Shown one piece after another: positions 16,808 through 25,869 of a DNA stretch of 64,000 bases (position 1 is the first letter of the stretch; the number at the start of each line of letters is the position of its first letter). Position numbers and translations under genes: made by a program. The notes under the pieces are model-generated. The model did not search any database. It saw nothing but the letters and a program-made list of their open reading frames with translations, and was not told the origin of the DNA. This DNA is from Burkholderiaceae bacterium. Lineage in GTDB: Bacteria > Pseudomonadota > Gammaproteobacteria > Burkholderiales > Burkholderiaceae_C. The DNA lies in contig JAYSEK010000024.1 in assembly GCA_041913905.1 (NCBI GenBank), positions 2,862 to 66,861 of the forward strand, in the 5' to 3' direction.

Positions 16808-18706
16808 TCAGTCCACCACGCAAGCCCGGTTCTTGCCGGTGCGCTTGGCCTCGTAAAGGCCTTCGTCAGCCCGGTCCAGCGCGGCCTCCAGCGTCTCACC
16901 GGCGCGGTAGAGCGTGATGCCGGCCGAGAAGGTCACGAAGACATCCTGGCCGTCGTGCATGAAGAGCGCGGCGGACAGCGAGCGCTGCAGGCGCGTCAGC
17001 ACCTGCTGGGCTTCGTCCAGCGGCGTGCGCGGCAGCATCAGCACGAACTCCTCACCGCCGTAGCGGGCGACCAGGTCGCCCGGACGCAGCATCTGCGTCA
17101 CTCGCGCAGCCAGGGACTTCAGGGCCTCGTCGCCCGCGGCATGGCCCAGGCTGTCATTGAGCTTCTTGAAGTTGTCCACGTCCAGCAGGGCCAGGGCCAG
17201 TACCGAGCCCTCGCGTTCGAGCTTGGCCTGCTCGGTATTGAAGGCCGCCTCCAGGCCCCGCCGGTTGGCGATCTTGGTCAGCTGGTCGGTCTGGACTTCG
17301 CTGGAGAGGCGGCGCAGCTCGCCTTCCAGTTCGTCGACCCGCCGGGACAGCTCCGAGGCGCGCTCATGCTCGGTGCTCAGCCGCTGCTGGGTGCTGTGCA
17401 CCAGGCCCTGCACGGTGCGGCTTTCCTCGACCATTTCGCGCACCACGCCGGCCAGGCTCTCCAAGGTATCGGCCTTCTCGATCACCTCGGCATAGCGGCT
17501 GACATTGCTCTGGAACCGGTCCGTGTGCTGGCCCAACTCGGCCAGTTCCTCCAGCATGCGGTGGATCAGGATCTTCAGCGAGTCGCGGGCCCGGGCGCGC
17601 TCGGCCTGCAGGCTCTTCTGCCGCTCGCGCGTGCCCTCCAGCATCTCGCTGACCATGCGTACGCCGCGCGAGCTGAGGCCGGAGTCCAGCGCCTGCGTCA
17701 TCAGCTCGCATTGGCCCTGTGCCCAGGAGTCGTCCTCGGCCAGTTCGACCAGGCTGGCGCTCAAGGCGCGGCACAGCTCGCCCATCTGGCCGAAGAGGTG
17801 GTGGCGGTGGTCCAGCATGCGTCGCGCGCGGACGCACAAGGCCTCCATGGACTCGGCCCGCTGCGGCGTCGCCCCCTGCTCGCGCAGGCTGGCCAGCGCC
17901 GTCTCCAGTTCGCGCTTCAGCACCTCGGCGCGCTCGTCCATGGCCGGCAGCGCATGCTGCACGGTCTCATGCAGGCTTTCGCCCACGAGGGGCCAGGACT
18001 GCGGCCCGGCTTCGCGGTCCAGGGCGCTGGCGTCCAGCTGGATTTCTTCCTCGCTGAAGAACTGGCTGGGCGAACCACCCGCTTCGTCCGCCGGGGCGGC
18101 CTCGTTGGCTTCGGCAGCCTGGACGTCGACGCCCACATCGCTGGTGTCGCTGTCCCAGCTGGCCAGCAATTGGCGCATGCGGTTGAGCAGGCGGTGCGGG
18201 TCGCTGCGGTTGGACTCCAGCACGCGCTGCAGGCCGTCCTTCTTGCGCGCCAGCGTCCATTGGCGGCCGCCGCGTTCAAGGCCGCGGACGAGCCGTTCGG
18301 TGACGCCAGCCATGCCGTCTGCCAGCACCGCGGGGCCCGCGCTTTGCTGGAAGCGCTCCAGCACGCGCTGGGCCTCGTCCCAGCGGGACTCGCGCAGCAT
18401 GGCCATCACGTCCTGGCGGGCCTGGATCTCGCTGATGCCGAGGCTCAGCATCTTCTGCAGCACGGGCTGGGCGCGCTCGGGCAGGCTGTCAGCGGGCGCT
18501 GCGCTTGAGGCTGCGGGCTCCGCGCCGCCGGACTCCACCAGGTAAGCGCGGGCATAGTTCTCCGGCGTGGGCTCCAGCTTGGCCATGGCCAGGCGGCGCA
18601 ATGCGGCCTTGGCGATCAGTGCCGGTGCCTGGCCGCCGGCGCTGCCTGCCGCCGCCGGGCGGGGCGTGGCGGCCGATGTCGGGGAGGAGGGCGAACGTTC
18701 GTCCAT
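16808..18706 (-). CDS. Diguanylate cyclase (GGDEF) with a long N-terminal helical region of unknown function (632 aa)
   Basis: C-terminal GGDEF domain: DVDNFKKLNDSLGHAAGDEALK...RPGDLVARYGGEEFVLMLP. It has the GGEEF active site and an RxxD I-site 5 residues upstream. Confidence 0.88.
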   Translation of the reverse strand: MDERSPSSPTSAATPRPAAAGSAGGQAPALIAKAALRRLAMAKLEPTPENYARAYLVESGGAEPAASSAAPADSLPERAQPVLQKMLSLGISEIQARQDVMAMLRESRWDEAQRVLERFQQSAGPAVLADGMAGVTERLVRGLERGGRQWTLARKKDGLQRVLESNRSDPHRLLNRMRQLLASWDSDTSDVGVDVQAAEANEAAPADEAGGSPSQFFSEEEIQLDASALDREAGPQSWPLVGESLHETVQHALPAMDERAEVLKRELETALASLREQGATPQRAESMEALCVRARRMLDHRHHLFGQMGELCRALSASLVELAEDDSWAQGQCELMTQALDSGLSSRGVRMVSEMLEGTRERQKSLQAERARARDSLKILIHRMLEELAELGQHTDRFQSNVSRYAEVIEKADTLESLAGVVREMVEESRTVQGLVHSTQQRLSTEHERASELSRRVDELEGELRRLSSEVQTDQLTKIANRRGLEAAFNTEQAKLEREGSVLALALLDVDNFKKLNDSLGHAAGDEALKSLAARVTQMLRPGDLVARYGGEEFVLMLPRTPLDEAQQVLTRLQRSLSAALFMHDGQDVFVTFSAGITLYRAGETLEAALDRADEGLYEAKRTGKNRACVVD

Positions 18707-18722
18707 GGTGCTCCAGGAAGGC

Positions 18723-20972
18723 TCAGCGCTGCCCGCCGAGCGGGCTGCTGACGGGACGGCTCAAGGCGGGATCGCCATCCAGGCCATTGGCCTGCACGAT
18801 CCAGGGTGCCTTGCGCGGCAGCACGGTCTGGGCCAGCCAGCGCTCCAGGTCGTCGGCGGCCAGCGGGCGGCTGAAGAGGAAGCCCTGCATCACGCTGCAG
18901 CCCAGGCGGTGCAGCACCTCCATCTGGCGCAGGGTCTCCACGCCCTCGGCGATCACCCGCAGGCCCAGGGAACGCGCCAGGGCGATGATGGCGGTGACCA
19001 CGGCCGAGCTCTGCGGCGTGATGCCGAGATCGCGCACGAAGCTGCGGTCGATCTTGACCTCGGAGATGGGCAGGGTGGTCAGGTAGGCCAGCGAGGAGTA
19101 GCCGGTGCCGAAGTCGTCGATGGAGATTTCGACGCCCACCTCGTTGAGCCGGTGCAGGGCCGGGATCACGTTCTGCAGATCCTTCATCAGGCCCGTTTCG
19201 GTGATCTCCAGCTGGATGGCCCGGTGCGGCACGCCATAGGCGCTGACGCATTGGTGGATGTGCTCGACCAGGTCCGAGCGCTCGAAGAGACGGTTGGGCA
19301 GGTTGACGGCGATGGCGTCGGAGAAGCCGAAGTTCAGCTGCCAGACCTTGGCCTGGCGGGCCGCCTCACGCAAGGCCCATTCCGAGAGCGGCACGATCAG
19401 GCCGGTTTCCTCGGCCAGGGGGATGAAGTCCCCGGGTGGGACGAGCCGGTCGCTGCGCTGCCAGCGCATCAGCGCCTCGGCACCGACCATGCGGGCGGCG
19501 CGCACGTCGATCTTGGGCTGGTAGTGCAGCACGATCTCGTTGCGCTCGATGGCCTTGTGCAGCGCGGACTCCAGCTCCAGCTTCTCGCGGCCGCGGCCGG
19601 CGAGCTGGGGTGTGTACAGCGCCGAGGCGTTGCGGCCCTGGCTCTTGACCGCATACATGGCGACGTCGGAATTGCGCAGCAGGTCGGCGGTGGTCGTGCC
19701 GTCGCGCGGATAGATGGCAATGCCCACGCTGGCGGTCACGAAGCATTCCTGCCCGGCGATGAAGATGGGCTCGCGCAGGGCCTCCAGCACGCGCTGGGCC
19801 ACGCGCTCTGCATCGCGCTCGTCGGTCACCTCGGGCAGCAGGGCCACGAATTCATCGCCCCCCAGGCGCCCCACGGCCTCCAGGGTGCGGTGCGAGCGCC
19901 CGCCGACGGATTCCAGCAGGCCTTCCATGACCTGGTCGGAGTGGCGCACGCAGGCGCGCAGCCGGCGGCCCACCTCCATCAGCAGCTCGTCGCCGGCGGC
20001 ATGGCCGAGGGTGTCGTTGATGACCTTGAAGCGGTCCAGGTCGATCAGCAGCAGGCCGACCTCATGACCGCTGCGCCGCGCGGCCTCGATGGCGCGCTCC
20101 GCCCGCCAGATCAGCTGGCGGCGGTTGGGCAGGCCGGTGAGGGCGTCGAAATTGGCGAGCTGGCGGATCTTGTCCTCGGCCAGGCGGCGGTCGGTGACGT
20201 CCTGGATCACGCCGGTGTAGCCGCTGGCGTTGCCGTGCTCGTTGAACTCGGGCTCGGCCTCGATGTGCAACACGCGCTGCCGGCCGTCGACCAGCGTGAC
20301 CGGGACGTCGGTCACCAGCACCGAGTTGTGGGCGATGACCTCGCGCAGCAGGCGCATGAAGAGCTGGCGTTCCTCTCTGGGCACCATGCGCATGACGCCG
20401 ATGAAGTCCAGCGGCTCGCTGGGGCCGTAGCCGAACACGCGCAGCGCCTCGGTGGCCAGCACGAAGCCGCCGGCTCCGCGGTGCCATTCGAAGCTGCCCA
20501 TGCGTGCCAGGTCTTGCGCGCGGGCCAGGCGGGCCTTGCTGCGCTCCAGCTCGATGCGGGTGCGCGAGCTGCGCAGCAGGTAGCGCAGGCGCCCGGCCAG
20601 CAAGCTCCATTGCGTCGATTTGACGAAGAAGTCGGTGGCGCCGACCTGGTAGGCGCGGTTGATGGAGGCCTCGTCGTCCAGGCCGGTCAGCATCAGCACG
20701 GGGGTGGACTCGAAGCCGGGCATCTCGCGCAGGCGGCTGCAGGTCTCGAAGCCATCGAGCTCCGGCATCATGGCGTCCAGAACGATGATGTCCGGTGTCC
20801 AGCCGGAGACGGTGCGCAGGGCCTCCTCGCCGCTGCTGGCCTCGGTGATGTCGAAGCCCCGTTCGCGCAGGGCGATGGCGGTCAGCAGCAGGTTGACTTC
20901 GTCATCGTCCACCAGCAGCACGCGGGGCTGCTCGGGCAGGTCCTGGTCCACGGTCGGGTTGGCTGAGTTCAT
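18723..20972 (-). CDS. Response regulator with REC-PAS-GGDEF-EAL architecture (749 aa)
   Basis: REC: VLLVDDDEVNLLL...DIIVLDAMMPELDGFE. GGDEF: GRLGGDEFVALLP. EAL: VGAEALMRWQ, DDFGTGYSSLAYL. Its start overlaps the upstream kinase stop (ATGA). 16 nt separate its stop from the next gene. Confidence 0.9.
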   Translation of the reverse strand: MNSANPTVDQDLPEQPRVLLVDDDEVNLLLTAIALRERGFDITEASSGEEALRTVSGWTPDIIVLDAMMPELDGFETCSRLREMPGFESTPVLMLTGLDDEASINRAYQVGATDFFVKSTQWSLLAGRLRYLLRSSRTRIELERSKARLARAQDLARMGSFEWHRGAGGFVLATEALRVFGYGPSEPLDFIGVMRMVPREERQLFMRLLREVIAHNSVLVTDVPVTLVDGRQRVLHIEAEPEFNEHGNASGYTGVIQDVTDRRLAEDKIRQLANFDALTGLPNRRQLIWRAERAIEAARRSGHEVGLLLIDLDRFKVINDTLGHAAGDELLMEVGRRLRACVRHSDQVMEGLLESVGGRSHRTLEAVGRLGGDEFVALLPEVTDERDAERVAQRVLEALREPIFIAGQECFVTASVGIAIYPRDGTTTADLLRNSDVAMYAVKSQGRNASALYTPQLAGRGREKLELESALHKAIERNEIVLHYQPKIDVRAARMVGAEALMRWQRSDRLVPPGDFIPLAEETGLIVPLSEWALREAARQAKVWQLNFGFSDAIAVNLPNRLFERSDLVEHIHQCVSAYGVPHRAIQLEITETGLMKDLQNVIPALHRLNEVGVEISIDDFGTGYSSLAYLTTLPISEVKIDRSFVRDLGITPQSSAVVTAIIALARSLGLRVIAEGVETLRQMEVLHRLGCSVMQGFLFSRPLAADDLERWLAQTVLPRKAPWIVQANGLDGDPALSRPVSSPLGGQR

Positions 20973-23413
20973 TGGGGCCCCGTCAACAAGGCTTCTAGGG
21001 CATGGCGAACCTGCCCCGCCTCATCATGCATGGCATCGATCAGCTTGTCCAAGCCTTCGGTCTGTCCGTTGCGGGCCATGGTTTCGATCTCGGCACAGAG
21101 GGTTGACAGCTGCAGGGCGCCCAGGCTCGCCGAGGAGGATTTTAGGGTGTGAGCCACATGGCGGATGGCCGCCAGGTCCATGCCGGCCTCCCGCGCACGT
21201 TGCAGGTCGGGCAGCAGTTTGTCCAGAGATTTGATGAAGGCGTTGATCACCCGCGGCAACAGTTGGTTGCTGCCGCCGGGGTCCAGGTCCCGCAGGCGCT
21301 GCAAGGCGGCATCGTCCAGGCAGCCTGCGCTGCGGTCCGGGGCGGGAATCGGTGTGGCGGACGGCATGGTTTCTCCATCAGGATGGTCAGCCGGGCCGGC
21401 AGCTGCCGGCCCGGCCGCAGGAGCGGAAATCGGTGAGTGCCTCAACTGGCGCCGCAGGACGCTCTGCAGCTCCTTGCTGCGTATCGGCTTGGGCAGGTAG
21501 TCATCGAAGCCATAGGCCAGCAGCTTGCCGCGGTCGCCCGACAGCGCATTGGCGGTCACCGCGACCACCGGCAGGCGGCTGGGATTGGCGAAGCGGAAGC
21601 GGCCATCGCCCCCCCGCCGGAAGATCTGCAGGGCCTGGATGCCGTCCATGCCCGGCATGTGGATATCCATCATGACCAGGTCGAAGACGGCCTCGCCGAG
21701 GGCGCGCAGGCCTTCCTCGGCACCGCTGCTCAGCCGGACCTCGCAGTCCAGCTGCAGCAGCATCTGCTGGATGACCTCCTGGTTCACCGGGTTGTCTTCC
21801 ACCACCAGGATGCGCCATGCCGGCTTGTGGAGGGGGCTGTCGCCTGAGGCTGGAGCCAGGCTGTCCGGCAGCGCTTGATCGTCCAGGGCCAGTCGCAGGC
21901 TGAAGACGCTGCCGCCCTCGGGTCTGGCCCAGGCTTCCAGCTGGGCTCCCATCTGCTGGGCGAGCTGCTGCGCCACCGCCAGACCCAGGCCGGCGCCCCC
22001 ATGGCGGCGTGCCAGGCTGGCGTTGCCCTGGGTGAAAGGCATGAACAGCCGCTGCAGTTTTTCGGCCGGAATGCCGATGCCGGTGTCCAGCACCTGCAGG
22101 ACGATCTCATGCGCTGCCTCGGTGGGGGCCTGCTGCAAGGCGCGCAGGCGGACCTCACCCTGCTCGGTGAACTTCAGCGCGTTGTCCAGCAGCTTGCCCA
22201 GCAGGCGCCGCAGCGCGCCCGCGGAGACCGGCACGGAGGCGGGCAGGCCCTCAGCCAGGTCCAGCGTGAGGCGCAAGCCGCGGGATTCCGCCTGCGGGCG
22301 GTACTGGGCCGCCAGCGTTTCCAGCAGCGGGCGCAGCGGGCACTCCCCGTCGCGCAGCTCGGCCGTTTCGCCTTCCAGATGCGCCAGGTCCAGCATGTCG
22401 TCCAGCAAGTGCTGCAGATCCTCGGCGCTGGCCTGGACCTGCCGGGCATAGTGCTGCTGGCGTTCGTCCAGCGCCGTGTTGAGCAGCAGCTGGTTCATGC
22501 CCAGGATGCCGTTCATGGGCGTGCGGAACTCATGGCTCATATTGGCCATCAGCAGGCTCTTGGCCTGGCTGGCCGACTCGGCCTTGTCGCGGGCGGCCTG
22601 CAGTTCGCGGTGGCGCTGCTGTTCCTCGGTCACGTCGGCCAGGATGCCGTACACCAGCGGCGCTCCGCCGGCGTGCATCTGCACCCGGGTGCGCAGGCGC
22701 ACCCAGCGCAGGCCGCGGCTGGGATGCATGATGCGCAGCACCATGTCCGAAGACTCCCCGGCGGCCTGGGCCAGCAGCCGGCGCTGGTAGAGCGCGAGGT
22801 CGTCCGGGTGGATGCGCTCCTCGAACAGCCGCGGGCCGTGCCGCAGGTCCATGGGGCTGAGCCCGAGCGTGTCCAGCAGCAGCGGCGAACTGAAGTGCAG
22901 GCGGTCCCACTCCGCATTGGTGACGAACAGGCACTCGCTGACGGCGTCGGTGACCTCGCGGAAGCGCGTATCGCTTTCCTGCAGCGCGCGCTCCAGCTGG
23001 CGGCGCGCATTGGCGTCCTGCAGCACCAGCAGGGCCAGGGTGCGGCGCTGTCCGGCCAGGGGCATCAGCAGGCGCTGCACCTGCAGCCAGCGCGGGCCGA
23101 ACGGCGTCTGCACGCGGAGATCCTCGCGGGCACTGCGACGTCCTTCGCGCAGCGCCTGCCAGCGGGCGGGTGCGCACAGCTCGGCCAGCGCAGGATCCAC
23201 GCCCTGGCCCAGCGGCCGGCCCAGCAGGGTGGCACCCCGGACCGACAGCAGGCGCTCGGCCTCGCGGTTGAGATGCATCAGCCGTCCGTCCTGGCTGTCC
23301 ATCAGCAGCAAGCCCAATGGCAGCAGGTCCAGCAGGGCCAGCGAGTCGCCCGGACTCAAGGCCTGGAGCAGCTGGCGGGCCGTCTCGGCGGCAAGCGAGG
23401 CGTCAGGTGTCAT
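20969..23413 (-). CDS. Hybrid sensor histidine kinase (PAS-PAS-HisKA-HATPase-REC-HPt), ~814 aa
   Basis: H-box [15 protein letters not shown]. ATPase boxes [39 protein letters not shown]...[14 protein letters not shown]. HPt [19 protein letters not shown] at 23413 chosen (MTPDASL...); the ORF track extends to 23530. Confidence 0.88.
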   Translation of the reverse strand: MTPDASLAAETARQLLQALSPGDSLALLDLLPLGLLLMDSQDGRLMHLNREAERLLSVRGATLLGRPLGQGVDPALAELCAPARWQALREGRRSAREDLRVQTPFGPRWLQVQRLLMPLAGQRRTLALLVLQDANARRQLERALQESDTRFREVTDAVSECLFVTNAEWDRLHFSSPLLLDTLGLSPMDLRHGPRLFEERIHPDDLALYQRRLLAQAAGESSDMVLRIMHPSRGLRWVRLRTRVQMHAGGAPLVYGILADVTEEQQRHRELQAARDKAESASQAKSLLMANMSHEFRTPMNGILGMNQLLLNTALDERQQHYARQVQASAEDLQHLLDDMLDLAHLEGETAELRDGECPLRPLLETLAAQYRPQAESRGLRLTLDLAEGLPASVPVSAGALRRLLGKLLDNALKFTEQGEVRLRALQQAPTEAAHEIVLQVLDTGIGIPAEKLQRLFMPFTQGNASLARRHGGAGLGLAVAQQLAQQMGAQLEAWARPEGGSVFSLRLALDDQALPDSLAPASGDSPLHKPAWRILVVEDNPVNQEVIQQMLLQLDCEVRLSSGAEEGLRALGEAVFDLVMMDIHMPGMDGIQALQIFRRGGDGRFRFANPSRLPVVAVTANALSGDRGKLLAYGFDDYLPKPIRSKELQSVLRRQLRHSPISAPAAGPAAAGPADHPDGETMPSATPIPAPDRSAGCLDDAALQRLRDLDPGGSNQLLPRVINAFIKSLDKLLPDLQRAREAGMDLAAIRHVAHTLKSSSASLGALQLSTLCAEIETMARNGQTEGLDKLIDAMHDEAGQVRHALEALLTGPQ

Positions 23414-23653
23414 GAGCGCATGGTGGGAAGCGAGAGCGGGAACTCGGCGCCTGGACCCGCAAGACCTGACCCTCGTCTGAAAGGCGGGCGTGGCTCGGCG
23501 GCGGGTATGGCGGCTCGCCGCTGCGAGCACGGCCCTGGTCGTTCCTGCATGGATCTTCTCTCTGCGATGGGCGCCGCCCCCTCAGGCGGGCATGGACCCT
23601 TAGCGCTGCATTCTCGGCGAAACGCCACAGACCTGGGTAGAGGGATCCTTACA

Positions 23654-25015
23654 ATGAGTTGCATGAGCAGCCTCAGCCAAGTCCCGCCGCGTGGTCGTCG
23701 TCGACCCTGGTGGGGGAGTGCCCTCGTCGGGCTTGGCCTGGTTCTGGCGGCGATGGGGGCCTGGCTGCTGGCCGGCCAGGCGCCGCAGGAGGCCTTGTTA
23801 GGCGGCCTGCTGGCAGTGCTGGCCATGCTGCTGCTGTGCGTCGCCCTGGCCTTGGGCTGGCATCTGGGTGTTCGCTTGACGCGCCAGCAGCTGGGTGAGT
23901 CGCTGCGCGAACTGCGCCAGCAATTGCATGCCCAGGCGCAGGTGCAGTCCGACTGGCAATGGCAGACCGACGCGCAGCACCACCTGGTCCGCTGGCAGGC
24001 GCCCTGGGGGCAGCCGGGCTCGAGCTGGATCGGGCTGGCGGCCACGCAATCCCTGGCCGAGCGCCTGCAGCTGGACGCGCCGCGCGCTGCGCAGCTGCAG
24101 GACGCGATGCAGGCCCAGCGTCCCATCCAGCAACTGCAACTGGGCGGTGGCTCGGCCTGCACCCGGCCGCAAGCCGGGGACTGGTGCCTGCAGGCCGTGC
24201 CGCTGCTGGATGGCAGCGGGCGCTTTTGCGGTTTCCTGGGCAGTGCCCGCTTTCTGGCTGCTGAGGCGGCCGCTTCGCCGGCACCGCCTGAACAGGCGCT
24301 CCTTCAGCAGGCGGATACCGACGCCCTGCGCGCCGAGCAGGAGGCCTTGACCTACACGGTGTCGCACGACCTGCGTGCGCCGCTGCGGGTGGTCGAGGGT
24401 TTTGCCCGCATCCTGCGTGAAGACTATGGCCGGCTGCTGGACCGCGTGGGCAACGACCATCTGGACCGCATTTCCGGTGCGGCGCAGCGCATGAACCAGA
24501 TGATCGACGCCCTGCTGGCCCTGAGCCGGCTGTCGGTCCAGGCGTTGGAATGCAGCCCGGTGGACTTGAGCCTGCTGGCCCATCTGGTGGTCGAGGACTT
24601 GCGGCGCGAGGGCTCGCAGCGCCAGCTGGATCTGCACATCCAGCCCGGCATGGTGGTGCAGGGTGACCCGACGCTCTTGCGCATGGTGCTGGAGAACCTG
24701 CTGGGCAACGCCTGGAAGTACAGCGGCAAGTGCGAGACGGTGCAGATCCGCTTCGAATGCCAGGAGCTGGCGCAAGGACCGGTCTTCGTGGTCAGCGACC
24801 AGGGTGCGGGTTTCGACATGCGCTTTGCCGACCGCCTGTTCTCGGCCTTCCAGCGCCTGCACAGCGCCAGCGACTTCCCCGGCACGGGCGTGGGCCTGGC
24901 CTCGGTGCGCCGCATCGTCCGGCGCCATGGGGGCGAGATCTGGGCGGAGTCGGCCGTGGGCCAGGGCGCGCGCTTTTACTTCACCTTGCCAGGGCTGCGC
25001 CAGCCGCCCGCCTGA
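23654..25015 (+). CDS. Membrane sensor histidine kinase (453 aa)
   Basis: Two N-terminal hydrophobic segments (ALVGLGLVLAAMGAWLLA, LLAVLAMLLLCVALALGW). H-box TYTVSHDLRAPLR. HATPase LLGNAWKYS, DQGAGF, GTGVGLASVRRIVRRHGGEIWAES. The upstream part of the 21875-25015 ORF is antisense to the hybrid kinase and was discarded. Confidence 0.85.
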   Translation: MSCMSSLSQVPPRGRRRPWWGSALVGLGLVLAAMGAWLLAGQAPQEALLGGLLAVLAMLLLCVALALGWHLGVRLTRQQLGESLRELRQQLHAQAQVQSDWQWQTDAQHHLVRWQAPWGQPGSSWIGLAATQSLAERLQLDAPRAAQLQDAMQAQRPIQQLQLGGGSACTRPQAGDWCLQAVPLLDGSGRFCGFLGSARFLAAEAAASPAPPEQALLQQADTDALRAEQEALTYTVSHDLRAPLRVVEGFARILREDYGRLLDRVGNDHLDRISGAAQRMNQMIDALLALSRLSVQALECSPVDLSLLAHLVVEDLRREGSQRQLDLHIQPGMVVQGDPTLLRMVLENLLGNAWKYSGKCETVQIRFECQELAQGPVFVVSDQGAGFDMRFADRLFSAFQRLHSASDFPGTGVGLASVRRIVRRHGGEIWAESAVGQGARFYFTLPGLRQPPA

Positions 25016-25022
25016 ACGCCCG

Positions 25023-25634
25023 TCAGTGGGTGGCCGGCGAGGCCAGCAGCTCCACCGCATCCAGCAGCCGGGCGGCCTGGTCCTGCCAGGAACGCCCTTC
25101 CTGCTCGGCCATGCGGCGCAGGCGCGCCCAGGCATCCTGGCGTGACAGGGAATAACGGTGCATCAACACGCCGACGGCCATGGGCACGGTCTGGCTGAGG
25201 ATCTCGTCGGGGGCGGGGGCGGGGGCCTGTGCCGGCGCCTCGGCGGCGTGCAGGCCAGCGCGAGCGCGCAAATTGGCGAAGGCGGCTTCCACCGCCGGGA
25301 CGATCTGGTGGATGTCCAGCGGCTTGACCAGGTAGGCCACGGCACCCAGCTCCTTGACCTTGGCCACGGTGTCGTCGTCGGCAAAGGCGGAAAGGAACAT
25401 GAAGGGGGTCTGCAGCGCCTCGCGCAGGTAGGCGGCGACGTCAAAGCCGCTCATGCCCTCCATGCGGATGTCCAGCAGGGCCAGTTCGGGGCGGTGCTCG
25501 CGCGCCAGCAGGATGGCCTCGTCGCCGTTGTCGGCGTCGATCACCTCGTAGCCGGCCTGGACCAGGCCGTGGGTCAGCGTCGCCAGGACCAGCCTGTCGT
25601 CATCGACCACCAGAATCTTGCCTTTGCTCGTCAC
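25023..25634 (-). CDS. Response regulator with REC plus ANTAR RNA-binding output domain (203 aa)
   Basis: REC: ILVVDDDRLVLATL...ELALLDIRMEGMSGFDV...LVKPL. C-terminal ANTAR-like helices: VPMAVGVLMHRYSLSRQDAWARLRRMAEQEGRSWQDQAARLLDAVE. GTG start at 25634. Confidence 0.8.
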   Translation of the reverse strand: MTSKGKILVVDDDRLVLATLTHGLVQAGYEVIDADNGDEAILLAREHRPELALLDIRMEGMSGFDVAAYLREALQTPFMFLSAFADDDTVAKVKELGAVAYLVKPLDIHQIVPAVEAAFANLRARAGLHAAEAPAQAPAPAPDEILSQTVPMAVGVLMHRYSLSRQDAWARLRRMAEQEGRSWQDQAARLLDAVELLASPATH

Positions 25635-25869
25635 TGCCTACGCACTCCCACCCATGGGGCCGGGTCCGCCCGGCCTGGCCACGCTTGCGGCCCCGTCGCG
25701 GGACTGCGTGATCTTTGCAGCTCCATGGCATTCCATGCGGCCAAAAGCTGACATTGTCACCGAAATGGCGGCTTGCAGGCGCTCAGGCTTGCCCTAGTCC
25801 CGCAGGGAAGCGGGCGCATTGCGTCCGGCTTGCCGCGGCGGGCTCGCCGCGCGCGCTGCCGGCCAAGCC

